Shown piece after piece: positions 23,347-33,530 of a stretch of 38,724 nt of DNA (the first letter of the stretch is position 1; each line of letters starts with the position of its first letter). Below the pieces are notes generated by a model. It saw nothing but the letters and a program-made list of their open reading frames with translations. It had not been told where the DNA came from and made no database searches. The position numbers were made by a program, and so were the translations under genes. The DNA comes from a virus. The stretch lies in the IMG/VR virus record IMGVR_UViG_3300027980_000019, one strand, 5' to 3'.

Positions 23347-24863
23347 TGCAAGAAATTCCACTAAACGGCTTCTACGAATCAACTACGCCAAAGAACAGCA
23401 ACAGACGCTGTGTGAACCTGATTCCGATTAACGAGCCTCAAGGTTCGTTATCAACCAATATGCTTGAATGCCCGTCTGGCATTGTTGGCCCTATTGAGGA
23501 TGCTGGTTCTGTAGCAGGATATGCAGGAGGAGATATTACTTCTCAGGTGTTCGAGTATACAAATAACGCATTTGGAAGGAATGTTGTATTTTGCCAAGGA
23601 AATGTTCTATTTGCCACTGATGGTGATGAACTTAGCATAGTGCAAATACCAGATTTTGGCGGGGTTACGCCGAATATGTCTTATTGCCGGTTTGCATCAT
23701 CAAGCGATACCTTGGTTGCCGTTGGTGGCGGTGGTCTTACAAGTAGCGGATGTGCAGCCGAGATAAATAGAGGGCTGGGTGCGACAACAATAGACCTGAA
23801 TTCTATTTTTGGGGTTTCTCCTCATCCAATCAGGGATGTAGCCTTTCTTGGTGGTAGGTTTATATATATGAGCCTTGGGTATCAGGGTACTCACGCATTT
23901 CGTTGCTACTACACAGACATCGGGTCTGCCACTCCAGATGTGACAAATTTCTTTCAGCCTGATGTTGGCTCTACCGAATTTAGGGGCGTTCACGTATTAA
24001 ACGGCTCGCTGTGGCTGTTTGATGATGAGAACGCTTTTTTGTTTTCTTTAACGTCATCGACAACTACGCCGTTTCAGTGGCAAAGAAATGCAACTATAAG
24101 GGTTGGCCTTCTTTCTGCCAATGCGAAAACGGAGGCTATTGGAACTCTGTTCTTTATCGGGAAGCGCCCCGGAGGCGGCTATCGTCCTTTTGCATTCTCT
24201 GGTGGCTCTGCTGTTGAGATTGGAACGCCAGCGATTAACTACGCAATAAACAATGATGTTGGGCAGCCTTCCAGTTTTGTAGACCTTGGTGATGTGGTTT
24301 TTAGCTACTCAGACAAGGGGCGCGAGATGATTGTGTTTCGCACCAGTAATCACTGCTTTGTTTATAATGCAACAGATAAGCGCTGGTTTGAGCGAGAGAA
24401 TCCAGGTGGTGAAAACTGGGAGGTAATTGGAGCAGGCAGGGCTGCTGGAGATGAAACTGTCTTTATTGGTGAGTCTGTAAGTGTTGTCGCTGGCGTTTCA
24501 ATTGCTGTTAGAGGTGGAATTCTTGACCCAGATACAGGGACTGAGATTGGCGATCAGGTGGAACGGTATGTGGTATCGGCGCCGTTCAATGCAAATAATC
24601 AGACTATTCGATTGTCAGAGGTGGAGCCGATTATCGACTCTGTTGACTCGCAAAGTGCAGATGTGACAATGAGTTTGTCCACTGACTACGGCGCTACTTT
24701 CGGAACTGAACGAACAATCACCAAAACGGTTAATAATGCACGCTCCCGCTTTATGAGTTGGGGAGCTATCAGACAAGCTGCTGTATTTAAAATCAAAGTA
24801 GCCTCTGACTACCCGGTCAAGATTGTTAAACTACTAGCGAGAATGAAGGCGGGCACGCGATGA
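23346..24863 (+). CDS. P22 gp10-like tail hub protein
   Basis: 505 aa. The N-terminus (..IPLNG...NLIPINE...PSGI) and C-terminus (LSTDYGATFG...FMSWGAIRQAAVFKIKV) parallel P22 gp10 as I recall it. Confidence 0.55.
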   Translation: MQEIPLNGFYESTTPKNSNRRCVNLIPINEPQGSLSTNMLECPSGIVGPIEDAGSVAGYAGGDITSQVFEYTNNAFGRNVVFCQGNVLFATDGDELSIVQIPDFGGVTPNMSYCRFASSSDTLVAVGGGGLTSSGCAAEINRGLGATTIDLNSIFGVSPHPIRDVAFLGGRFIYMSLGYQGTHAFRCYYTDIGSATPDVTNFFQPDVGSTEFRGVHVLNGSLWLFDDENAFLFSLTSSTTTPFQWQRNATIRVGLLSANAKTEAIGTLFFIGKRPGGGYRPFAFSGGSAVEIGTPAINYAINNDVGQPSSFVDLGDVVFSYSDKGREMIVFRTSNHCFVYNATDKRWFERENPGGENWEVIGAGRAAGDETVFIGESVSVVAGVSIAVRGGILDPDTGTEIGDQVERYVVSAPFNANNQTIRLSEVEPIIDSVDSQSADVTMSLSTDYGATFGTERTITKTVNNARSRFMSWGAIRQAAVFKIKVASDYPVKIVKLLARMKAGTR

Positions 24864-25192
24864 TTCCAGGATACTCAGAATTAAATGAAGCGACTTTTGA
24901 AGAGCTAACCATAAACCATCAATTGCTGGCATGGTTTGCTGATGTCCAGCGTCAGTTGATTTCTTCAAGTGTTGAGCTTAACGGTATCGGATGCACCAGG
25001 ATAGTCTGGAATGATACAGGCTCCAGCATCCTAGAGCTTCAGGAAGTTGAGGCTTCAGACGGACTAACCCTTGCTTACTTCGATAACTTCGGTGTGCTTC
25101 AGAGGTCTGGTGTAGTTTTAGAAGGTACATGGATAGCTTCGTCAGGTGGTTCAAGTGCCGGCGATGCCAGAGAGATGACGAGGATCTCATAA
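24860..25192 (+). CDS. Hypothetical tail-module protein
   Basis: 110-aa ORF coupled at both ends by overlaps. Confidence 0.5.
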   Translation: MIPGYSELNEATFEELTINHQLLAWFADVQRQLISSSVELNGIGCTRIVWNDTGSSILELQEVEASDGLTLAYFDNFGVLQRSGVVLEGTWIASSGGSSAGDAREMTRIS

Positions 25193-25662
25193 TGTACTCA
25201 ATTAGAGTTATATCGGCATGTGATGCGCTAGAGCTAATGTCAGACCCTGAATTGTTCTCTCGCATAGGCAACGACAAATGCACAAACCCTAAAACGTCAA
25301 TAACCTTTGACGACTCAGATGTGATATACGGTTGCTTCAATAACGGAGAGCTTTGCGGGGTTGTGACCTACGAGCCTGAAAGCTCTGTTACGGTGAGCGT
25401 TCACTGCAATTTCATAGAGTCAAAGCGAAAGCATGCACATAGTCTGGTTAAGCTGACTGCTAGAGCCTTATTCAGGGAGTATCCAACCGTATCAAAGGTT
25501 AATGCCTGCGTACCTGTATGCTATCCGGATGTTATTGGTTTCTGCCGCAAGTTCGGCTTGGTGGATGAGGGTATTGATAGAAAATCAATCCTCAAAGGTG
25601 GTAAACTTATAGACAGAATGCGCCTTGGTGCGACGAGAGACGAAATAGAGAGGTTATTGTAA
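25192..25662 (+). CDS. GNAT-like acetyltransferase-fold protein
   Basis: The ATG overlaps the upstream TAA (TAATG). The KVNACVPVCYPDVIGFCRKFGLVDEGIDRKS region resembles the GNAT beta4-alpha3/alpha4 core. Assignment is tentative. Confidence 0.4.
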   Translation: MYSIRVISACDALELMSDPELFSRIGNDKCTNPKTSITFDDSDVIYGCFNNGELCGVVTYEPESSVTVSVHCNFIESKRKHAHSLVKLTARALFREYPTVSKVNACVPVCYPDVIGFCRKFGLVDEGIDRKSILKGGKLIDRMRLGATRDEIERLL

Positions 25663-26477
25663 TGGGAAAGGCTAGCGATGCACTTTCGAACCTAGACCCG
25701 ACATCCGACGACAATGTATGGTCAGATATTGACCCTACCACAGGCGGTGGAGCGCTTAACCTTATCGGTGCCCCTGTAACGCTCCCTATCAACGCCATCT
25801 CGGGCGGTAATGTTGGTGGAAGTGTTTCTGATTCGCTCGCTCAACTTGATGACCAGATTTCAGGAAGGGCACAGCAGGATGCGCTTGATGATGCGGCAGA
25901 AGAGGCTGCGGCCAAGCAACAGGAAATAACTGACCTGTATGCTGAGCAGTATCAGGGTTTTTTAGAAATGACTGCGCCTTATCGGAAGGCTGGTGAGTCA
26001 TTCTTGCCTGAATTTCAGAACTTAATATCTGGTGCTGGTAGGGAAGAATTCATGCAGGATGCCCTTGATAGCCAAGAATTTCAAAACATTGCAGGTGCTG
26101 CAACAGACCAGCTCGTTTCTAACTCAGCCGCTTTGGGTAATCGCTTATCGTCTGGTATTCAGCGTGATGTGTTAAGCAACACGGGCCAGCTTGCCACTAA
26201 CTATGCCAACCAGGCATATCAAAACCGGCTTAATGAGCTGGGGCAGGGTGTGAATCTCGGTTTGGGTGCAATGGGTACTCAGCTACAAGGACTCCAGAAT
26301 ACTACCGCTGGCCAGGCTGGGGCATTGAACAATATCGCGAATATAAACCTACAAGCGGCCAATGCGGCGGCTATGCAGCCTAACCTGCTTGGCGGTCTTC
26401 TTGGCGCTGGTGCTGGTGCTTTATTTGGCGGCCCCGCTGGTGCCAATATAGGCTACAACATTGGGAGTAACGTCTAA
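25662..26477 (+). CDS. Ejection / internal-virion-type protein (Gly/Ala/Gln/Asn-rich)
   Basis: Low-complexity composition with a glycine-zipper tail LLGGLLGAGAGALFGGPAGANIG. Position matches the P22 ejection-protein genes. Confidence 0.5.
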   Translation: MGKASDALSNLDPTSDDNVWSDIDPTTGGGALNLIGAPVTLPINAISGGNVGGSVSDSLAQLDDQISGRAQQDALDDAAEEAAAKQQEITDLYAEQYQGFLEMTAPYRKAGESFLPEFQNLISGAGREEFMQDALDSQEFQNIAGAATDQLVSNSAALGNRLSSGIQRDVLSNTGQLATNYANQAYQNRLNELGQGVNLGLGAMGTQLQGLQNTTAGQAGALNNIANINLQAANAAAMQPNLLGGLLGAGAGALFGGPAGANIGYNIGSNV

Positions 26478-27511
26478 TGGCTGGCAATATGTTTAGCGGA
26501 TTCATTCAATCTGGTCAGAATCGCTCTGATGCTATCGGTCAGGGTATTGGCGCGCTTGCTCAAGGCTATCAGGACAAGAAGGCCGCCGAAGCTACTACTC
26601 AGAAGCAGCAACAGGCCATGCAGCTACTAGACCAAGCTTCACAGCTATCTGACACTGACCCACAGGAGTCACAGCAGGCGTTCATGCAAGCAATTCAGAT
26701 TGCTCCTGATTTTGTATCTCAAGTCACTGGAATGATGAAACAGCGACGCGAGGCGCAAGGCAAGGTATCAAGCCTCAGCCAGCAAGAATTTGAGCAGCTA
26801 ACCGCTGGAATGACGCCTGAAGAAAAAGAGCAGGCACGCCGCATTAAGCTTGGCTTGGCTCCGAGGGCTGTAGGTTCTAGCGCGATGACAATATCAGATA
26901 CAGGCAAAGCTGGGGAAGTTGCCGAATCTGAATCAATTATAGCTGGGGCCAAAGCTCAAGCTGCCGAAGAAGGTAAGTCTAGAGGCATTGCTGCCACTTC
27001 TGATATCGTAGGCAAGGCCAAGGCCGATATTGCACGAGCGGTTAAAGCTGCTGAGGTGCAAGGTAAGAGCGCGGGCGAAAGCATGACGCAGCTAGATTCA
27101 GCAAAGGCGGCGCTCCCAAGTCTGATTAGGGTTGTTGATTCCCTGAAAACTCTTGCTCCGGTGGCTACCAGTACTTATTCGGGCAAGGCTTTTGACTTCT
27201 TAGCTAAAGAGGCTGGATTTGGAGCGACAAAAGGTGCTGAGGCTAGGGCTAAGTTTATTGCTATTATTGACAACCAAGTTTTACCACTACTAAAGCAAAC
27301 CTTTGGCGCTGCATTTACAGCGGCCGAGGGTGAAGCCCTGAAGAAAACAATGGGTGACCCAGACGCCAGCGCAGAAGCTAAAATAGCTCAGCTAAACGCA
27401 TTTATTGAAAACAAAATCAGAGAGATTGAAGTCAAAGAACGCGAACTTGGTGCTGAAAGTAAGCCACAAGAGCAGCAATCAGAAACTGTTATTTCATGGG
27501 ATAGCATGTAA
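26477..27511 (+). CDS. Ejection / internal-virion-type protein
   Basis: 344 aa, A/Q/K/E-rich and helical, coupled by ATG/TAA overlaps. Confidence 0.5.
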   Translation: MAGNMFSGFIQSGQNRSDAIGQGIGALAQGYQDKKAAEATTQKQQQAMQLLDQASQLSDTDPQESQQAFMQAIQIAPDFVSQVTGMMKQRREAQGKVSSLSQQEFEQLTAGMTPEEKEQARRIKLGLAPRAVGSSAMTISDTGKAGEVAESESIIAGAKAQAAEEGKSRGIAATSDIVGKAKADIARAVKAAEVQGKSAGESMTQLDSAKAALPSLIRVVDSLKTLAPVATSTYSGKAFDFLAKEAGFGATKGAEARAKFIAIIDNQVLPLLKQTFGAAFTAAEGEALKKTMGDPDASAEAKIAQLNAFIENKIREIEVKERELGAESKPQEQQSETVISWDSM

Positions 27512-29406
27512 TGAGAGTGCAGCTACCGAACGGAACGATTATTGAAGGTGTTCCAGAGGGCACCACTAAAGATCAGATAATGCAGAAGGCTATATCTGCC
27601 GGGTTATCTACTGCTGAAGACTTCGGTGTGCAACCCTCAAGCGAGACGCCGGCTAAGGGTAGTCTGACTCCTGAACAGTTTGCCGACATATACGGAGACC
27701 AGCCCGACATTGATGGCCTTATCGCTCCGTCTCAGCCTAAGCCTGAAGCTAGCATTGGCGAAAAGGCGGTAGGTGTTGGCGAAGCCGCATTGACGACCGC
27801 CACGGCTGCTACAGGCGGAACCCTAGGGCAAATGTTTGGGTTTCTTCGTGGTCTCTCTGAGGAAATAAAGTCTGGAGAGTTCGGAACCAATGAAGCTGCC
27901 GACAGAATAGAGAATTTTGCTGCCAAGATGGCGCAGGAATTCACCTACTCCCCGAAAACTGAAACTGGACAAGAATATGTTCAGGCTATCGGCGAGGCTG
28001 GCGAATCCTTGGCGCCGCTGGCCGGTCTTGGTGGTGAGCTGGCCATGATTGGTCAGGTTGCAAAGAAAGCAGCAGCCCCAAAGGCGACAGATGTAGCCAT
28101 AAAGGCATCCGAAGCGGTCAAACCGGTCAAGGATGTTGCCCAGGCTGTATTCCAATATCAAACACCTGCTAAGCGCAAAATAGCGGAGCTTTTAGAGCAA
28201 TATGATTCTGATGTTACTACTGCTAATTATCGTCTTTCAGCGCCCAGTGATCCAGGTTCTCCTAAATCTGGCATTATGCGTGCCTTGGGTGCTGGTAGTG
28301 CAAGGGTTGAGAAAGACCCGGTTTCTATTGAAGCAATAAAGCAAGGGTACGATAAAGGTATCGTATCAATGATTAAGGGTTCCGCCCCTTCTGACAAAAA
28401 CGCAATGCGCCAAATGCTCGATATTTACGAAAAAGGCCAGAGCGATGCTTTGTTTAGAGCTAAAAACAGACCAGCTCAAGTTGTTGGGCAGCGGCTGGTT
28501 GATTCTATATCTGAGATTCGGAAAGCTAACAGGAAGGCGGGCGCCGATATAGACAAGGCGGCAAATGGCCTGAAGGGTAAAGCGGTTGATTCTCAACCTA
28601 TCGGGGTTCGGTTTATAGATGACCTTGAGTCAATGGGTATTAATGTTGACGACAACCTAAAGCTGAACTTTAAAGGTTCTGACATTGAAGGTGTGCCACC
28701 TGCTGAGCGTGTCATTTCTACTGTATTCAATCGAATGACTGGCCCTAAAATACCAGACGCCTACGAGCTACACAGACTGAAACGCTTTATTGATGAGCAA
28801 GTATCATACGGCAAAGCCGGTGAAGGCTTAACTGGTCGCGCTGAGCGAGCATTAAAGACTTTGCGTAGAGATATAGATTCGACGCTAGATAATAAGTTTG
28901 CTGATTATGATTCTGCCAACACTATTTATAGTGACACCATCGGCGTACTTGATGAGGTTCAGACCGTCGCTGGTAAGCGCGTTGATTTATCCGGCCCCAA
29001 CGCAGCCGAGCAGCTAGGTACGTTAATGCGCAGAGTGCTGAGTAACGCGCAATCAAGAGCTTCGGTAATGGATATGGCAATGGCGGTTGATGAGACTGCC
29101 AGGAAATACCCATCAAAACTGATGATTGAAGGTAAGACTAAAGGTCGGCGTCCTGAGATAACGACATTGGTATTGTTCTCTGACGAGCTGGACAGAAGAT
29201 TTAAACCTGTCGCTTCAACTTCGTTTCAAGGGCAAATTGAACAAGTTGCAGACCGGGGTCGAAGTATTGCTCAGTCTCAATCACCAACGATGGCAGTTAT
29301 TGATGAGGCTGTTAGGTTTGGGGCTAGGGGCGTGGACAAAGCCAGAGGCCGAAACGACGAAAAGGCATACCAGATAATGAAAGACTTATTGAGTGAGGAA
29401 CGGTAA
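27511..29406 (+). CDS. Large ejection / internal-virion-type protein
   Basis: 631 aa. Position immediately before the tailspike is comparable to P22 gp16/gp20. Confidence 0.5.
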   Translation: MRVQLPNGTIIEGVPEGTTKDQIMQKAISAGLSTAEDFGVQPSSETPAKGSLTPEQFADIYGDQPDIDGLIAPSQPKPEASIGEKAVGVGEAALTTATAATGGTLGQMFGFLRGLSEEIKSGEFGTNEAADRIENFAAKMAQEFTYSPKTETGQEYVQAIGEAGESLAPLAGLGGELAMIGQVAKKAAAPKATDVAIKASEAVKPVKDVAQAVFQYQTPAKRKIAELLEQYDSDVTTANYRLSAPSDPGSPKSGIMRALGAGSARVEKDPVSIEAIKQGYDKGIVSMIKGSAPSDKNAMRQMLDIYEKGQSDALFRAKNRPAQVVGQRLVDSISEIRKANRKAGADIDKAANGLKGKAVDSQPIGVRFIDDLESMGINVDDNLKLNFKGSDIEGVPPAERVISTVFNRMTGPKIPDAYELHRLKRFIDEQVSYGKAGEGLTGRAERALKTLRRDIDSTLDNKFADYDSANTIYSDTIGVLDEVQTVAGKRVDLSGPNAAEQLGTLMRRVLSNAQSRASVMDMAMAVDETARKYPSKLMIEGKTKGRRPEITTLVLFSDELDRRFKPVASTSFQGQIEQVADRGRSIAQSQSPTMAVIDEAVRFGARGVDKARGRNDEKAYQIMKDLLSEER

Positions 29407-31430
29407 TGGTTGATCTTACTAAGAAAAAGCACGTTAGCGAGTACGCAACAGACAAGCTTGAGGACGGCGATAAAGTTATCGCATACCGCTCAACCAACGC
29501 CGTTGGCGATAAAGTGTTCCGAGGCGACATTGTTGAAGGTACAGCCGCTTCTATCTCTGATGGAACCAGTACCGACTTAAAGATGTATTCTGATAAAGCC
29601 CTAAAAGACTCACTCAATACCGGCGCTATTCCTATCGGTACAGCCGCAGAAATCGAAACAGGCACAGATACAACCGCAAAGCTTTACGCGCCGGATCAGC
29701 TTAATTCGGCTATTGATAGCCTGATTGAAACCGCTGTTCCTGATGGTACAGAGGCTCAGATAATCGCTGGCACGGACACTACAGAGCGCAAGTACACCCC
29801 GGCTGACATTAACGGCGCTGTAAAAGACATTGCTGGTGCTCAGTACACTGGACGCACTGCCATGAAAGCTATCACCGGCCTAGCCGCTGGCGATGTCGTC
29901 TATCTAAGCGAAGGTGGCCGCTCTGGTACGTTTGAATACCTAGTTGGCGACTACAGCGCAGAAGTGGCGGCGGATACGCTAGAGGGCGTTTTCGTTGCGC
30001 TGGATAGTGATTCAGATGGTAGTGAGGGGGTGTTGAAGCGAGTATTCAGTGGTGATATTGATGCCGAGTGGTTTGGTTACTCCGTAGGCACTGCAATATC
30101 GGACGCTGTGAACGCGGCCATAAGTCTTGGTTTCTTTATCGGAAAAAACACTATTAATGTCCCTCAAACGGCGGGAGAATGTTTTGTAGATAAGGACATC
30201 ATATTTAAGCAAGCAACTAAATTAGTATCCACTGGTTTTAGTAAGCTTTTTGTTGCTACTACAGGTGAGGGTGCGGTATGGGTTCGCAATACAGCCGGTG
30301 TCGGGATTGTCATTGATGGAGCGGCTTATGGTGAGCGACTCAGATTTAACTCAATGAACGGAATAAGCTTTAATGGTGGAGGTCTGTCGGGAGACCTGCT
30401 TAAGCTCAAGAAGACGCAAAACTTCCACATGAAGGATGTCCAGTTATTCGGGTCTCTTGGGCGAACCGTGCTTATTCAGGATATGTATGACTCGTGGTTT
30501 GATGACTCTTACTTTCAGACATCAGGCACAGCGGGGAGCGTAGCGTCCTTTGAGATTGATGATAGCGCCGGATCACCGATTTCGCACAATAACAACATTA
30601 GATTTCGAGGCTGCACGTGGGAGGCAAACAACGGTCAGCCGATTTACATCTGGGGGGCCGGAACTGGCGCTGGTAACACTCAGATTACGTTTGACAGTAA
30701 ATGCAAATGTGAAAACGTGAGTGTTAATGACTATCAAATGAAAATTGTTGATGCTGGAGCGATTGACTTTCAAGGGATGTTGATTGTTAGCTCTGGTACA
30801 TCAGGCAGTATCGGCGGGCAGGTGTATATCGAAAACTGTAGAAATATCCGTGGCTCACTCGATGTGGCACACAACTCGGGCGGTGCCACGTTAGTTTCTG
30901 TTGTCAAGTTGAATGGGTATTCACGCTGTGATTTGGAACTATTTCCCGCAGAGGCAAATGTGATTGATGGCCTCAGTGGGGATTACATCTTTGACAACTC
31001 GACAGGATCTTATGATTCAAGAAGCAGCTTCTCTTCTATGTACATGGGGTCTAAGGAATTAATAACGAACAATACAACAATCAATCAATTCCAGCCGGTT
31101 GGGATTGATGTTCCGTCCGCAGCAGGCTTGAGATTGCGGAGGAACGGCGGCACAGACTCTAATACGGCAATACATATTGACGGTGATAGTAATGGAGGTT
31201 TGTACGCTGGCAAAAATTCGTCTGGAGAGTTTGTTGTATCCACCACTAGCGACCTCGACGGATCGGCGATTTTAAAAGTGGAAAGGGACGGTACTATAGT
31301 GTACACAAAAACACCTTCATTGACTGTCGGGTCGGCGGGCGGTGCAGCGGCATTGCCAGCAACCCCAAGTGGCTACCTGACCATCAATGTGAGTGGCACT
31401 GATTTTTTAGTGCCATACTACAACGCATAA
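29406..31430 (+). CDS. Tailspike (beta-helix depolymerase-like) protein 2
   Basis: N-terminus MVDLTKKKHVSEY. Three GT(D/S)T...Y.P..L fibre repeats and a long repetitive region typical of a parallel beta-helix. Confidence 0.75.
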   Translation: MVDLTKKKHVSEYATDKLEDGDKVIAYRSTNAVGDKVFRGDIVEGTAASISDGTSTDLKMYSDKALKDSLNTGAIPIGTAAEIETGTDTTAKLYAPDQLNSAIDSLIETAVPDGTEAQIIAGTDTTERKYTPADINGAVKDIAGAQYTGRTAMKAITGLAAGDVVYLSEGGRSGTFEYLVGDYSAEVAADTLEGVFVALDSDSDGSEGVLKRVFSGDIDAEWFGYSVGTAISDAVNAAISLGFFIGKNTINVPQTAGECFVDKDIIFKQATKLVSTGFSKLFVATTGEGAVWVRNTAGVGIVIDGAAYGERLRFNSMNGISFNGGGLSGDLLKLKKTQNFHMKDVQLFGSLGRTVLIQDMYDSWFDDSYFQTSGTAGSVASFEIDDSAGSPISHNNNIRFRGCTWEANNGQPIYIWGAGTGAGNTQITFDSKCKCENVSVNDYQMKIVDAGAIDFQGMLIVSSGTSGSIGGQVYIENCRNIRGSLDVAHNSGGATLVSVVKLNGYSRCDLELFPAEANVIDGLSGDYIFDNSTGSYDSRSSFSSMYMGSKELITNNTTINQFQPVGIDVPSAAGLRLRRNGGTDSNTAIHIDGDSNGGLYAGKNSSGEFVVSTTSDLDGSAILKVERDGTIVYTKTPSLTVGSAGGAAALPATPSGYLTINVSGTDFLVPYYNA

Positions 31431-31468
31431 CTATGTAAAAGCCTATTTTATAGAGGCTCAGGACTACC

Positions 31469-31900
31469 ATGTACAAATGCAAACACTTTGACATCGAAGA
31501 GCTAGTACCACCCGAGCTGTTCGTCATGCTGCACGAAGATGCGCTTTGGCGTATGTTCAACCCTGACGTATTAAAAGCCGCAGACTGGCTTAGAGAGCGT
31601 TACGGGCCTGCTACAGTGAACGATTGGAAGTGGGGCGGCAACTTCACCCAATCAGGCATTAGAACGACTGACTCAGAGTATTATTCGCCTACGTCTCAGC
31701 ACTCTATCGGCTGTGCTCTTGATATGAAGTTTAAGAATAAAACTGCGCAAGAGATACGCGACGACTTGGCCGAGTACCAGGCGCAGGGCAATGATGTTCC
31801 TTATTTCACGCGAGTAGAGAACAAAGTCAGTTGGCTTCATATTGACACGAAGCCAACCGGCCTTGACCACTTGTATTTCTTCAATCCGAAGCGCGGTTAA
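31469..31900 (+). CDS. Endolysin, peptidase M15 (VanY / L-alanyl-D-glutamate peptidase-like)
   Basis: Zn-ligand pattern SQHSIGCALD ... WLHID. 143 aa. Confidence 0.85.
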   Translation: MYKCKHFDIEELVPPELFVMLHEDALWRMFNPDVLKAADWLRERYGPATVNDWKWGGNFTQSGIRTTDSEYYSPTSQHSIGCALDMKFKNKTAQEIRDDLAEYQAQGNDVPYFTRVENKVSWLHIDTKPTGLDHLYFFNPKRG

Positions 31901-32090
31901 TCTTACGAATCCGGCGGCGCTGAGACTTGCTTTGGCTGGTCAGGTGCCACTGGCTGCAGCAATCGCACTCATACGCTGACAACTTAACCTTCGATGGTCG
32001 TATCTTGCCTGAAGTCGTTATCTTGATATGACTCAGCGCGGTACGCCGGTCAGGGAATGCCATCTTGTTCGGGTGCCTTTCGCAGCTCAT
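31881..32090 (-). CDS. Small zinc-ribbon-like protein
   Basis: AYECDCCSQWHLTS motif and a basic tail. Last gene of the leftward operon, overlapping the endolysin 3' end convergently by 20 nt. Confidence 0.5.
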   Translation of the reverse strand: MSCERHPNKMAFPDRRTALSHIKITTSGKIRPSKVKLSAYECDCCSQWHLTSQSKSQRRRIRKINRASD

Positions 32091-32563
32091 AGCAGCCCCC
32101 GCACTTTTCGCCAGAACCAGGATGTATCGGAGGCGTAGTACGAGTGGCCCCCGCCGCGTACTGCCTTGTACATTAGGTCTGCTTTCCAGTGCGGGACGTC
32201 AGACTTACTCAGCAGGTAGTAGAAAATCACATCATTCAGAACGCGCCGTGAGCGGTTTTCATAGCCCAGGTCATGGAACATGCTTGATACTCTGAATTTA
32301 TGCGCTGTTGGCTTTCCTATGAGCCACTGGAACCGCTTAGGAATGCTTGCGCCGTCCCACTCGTAACCATTACGAAGATGGTATTCAACCTCGTGGCATG
32401 TGACGTTGTTGCCGCGGGTTTCCTCGACGTAGAACTTAACTACCTTGTCCGGGCCGTTATATCTCAGCCCAGCCTTAAACCCGACAATCCACTGCTTAAC
32501 CTGTTTTATCGGGTAGCTCTCGTATACCCGGTACTTACTGCCGTCATGGCCGTTTATAATCAT
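32087..32563 (-). CDS. DUF1353-family protein
   Basis: YEWDGASIPKRFQWLIG...MFHDLGY...SRRVLNDVIFYYLL...LMYKAVRGGG matches the DUF1353 pattern (DGAS.P, HD..Y, R...D). Confidence 0.65.
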   Translation of the reverse strand: MIINGHDGSKYRVYESYPIKQVKQWIVGFKAGLRYNGPDKVVKFYVEETRGNNVTCHEVEYHLRNGYEWDGASIPKRFQWLIGKPTAHKFRVSSMFHDLGYENRSRRVLNDVIFYYLLSKSDVPHWKADLMYKAVRGGGHSYYASDTSWFWRKVRGLL

Positions 32564-32626
32564 TGCATAATCTTCCCTATTGCTTTGGTTGTGACTTCTT
32601 CAGCCGTGATTCGTGTTTTACTTCGC

Positions 32627-33142
32627 TCATTTGATCAACTCCGGGTTTTGGTGAATGTGTTTCCATTTTCGACTGTTACAACTCCGACACATTGGCTGAA
32701 TATTGCTTATGTAGTCTGATCCGCCTTCTGATAATGGCATTATATGGTCTTTGGTTAGTGAAACATCTGATCGGCCGCACCCAACGCAACAATTGCCACA
32801 AAATTCCTTAAGCGCGTTCCACTCTTCTAACGTATGTGATCCTTCTGCTCCTCGTTCTCTTGCATATCGCCTTGCTTTTAAGTGTGCCATCCTTTCTGGG
32901 TTTTTAGCCTTCCATCTTCTATGGGATTCAGTTTGTGACACACCTCCTCGCCACGTATTTTGTTGTGATGGCTCCCATGATTTTCGATTTTCTGCATAAC
33001 AGGCCATTGAGCAAAAATGTCTCTTTTTTCTATCAAAGTGACTTTTTCTTTCACTGTTCAAAGTTCCGCAATTATCACATAGGTATGCAATCACAAACTG
33101 ACCCTTTCGAACCTCAGTTACTGAGCAAATTACTGTTTTCAT
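32627..33142 (-). CDS. HNH endonuclease
   Basis: CVGCGRSDVSLTKDHIMPLSEGGSDYISNIQPMCRSCNSRK. Start moved to the ATG at 33142 (MKTVICS) because the upstream part of the track ORF overlaps YopX. Confidence 0.8.
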   Translation of the reverse strand: MKTVICSVTEVRKGQFVIAYLCDNCGTLNSERKSHFDRKKRHFCSMACYAENRKSWEPSQQNTWRGGVSQTESHRRWKAKNPERMAHLKARRYARERGAEGSHTLEEWNALKEFCGNCCVGCGRSDVSLTKDHIMPLSEGGSDYISNIQPMCRSCNSRKWKHIHQNPELIK

Positions 33143-33530
33143 GAATATTTCCAATAACCTTAAAGTTAACGCAGTATTCAACGAGCCAGCATCCAAAGCA
33201 AATCCCACGCGGTGATATTGTGGCCTCACCCATTGTGCGCATTGCCGTCGGTCTGTTTTCTGCTGATACGACATTGAAGCTCAGAACATCCCCCTCGTAA
33301 ATCTCCGTGCCGTCACAGTCTTTCAGGCCGGTGTATTGACCCACCGTCTCAGGCTTAACATACTGCTTTCTGATTACGTTAAACCAGCCACCATTACCAA
33401 ATGCTGACTCAACTATCCAGGTCTTTGTATGGCAATGCTGCATGTGCTTGATGAATTTATCAGTAACAACTAAAGAGCCGGTTATCATTTCACCCTTTAT
33501 TGTCATACCGCGAAACTTAATGTCTCTCAT
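33114..33530 (-). CDS. YopX-family protein
   Basis: IKFRGM..., VGQYTGLKDCDGTEIYEGDVL and VIGNIHENSNLL are YopX hallmarks. Confidence 0.8.
   Translation of the reverse strand: MRDIKFRGMTIKGEMITGSLVVTDKFIKHMQHCHTKTWIVESAFGNGGWFNVIRKQYVKPETVGQYTGLKDCDGTEIYEGDVLSFNVVSAENRPTAMRTMGEATISPRGICFGCWLVEYCVNFKVIGNIHENSNLLSN

Noticed and set aside
32300-32719. The 139-aa + strand ORF opposite the DUF1353 gene
   Set aside because: It is antisense to a gene with clear family motifs. It has no RBS and no + strand promoter in this leftward block.
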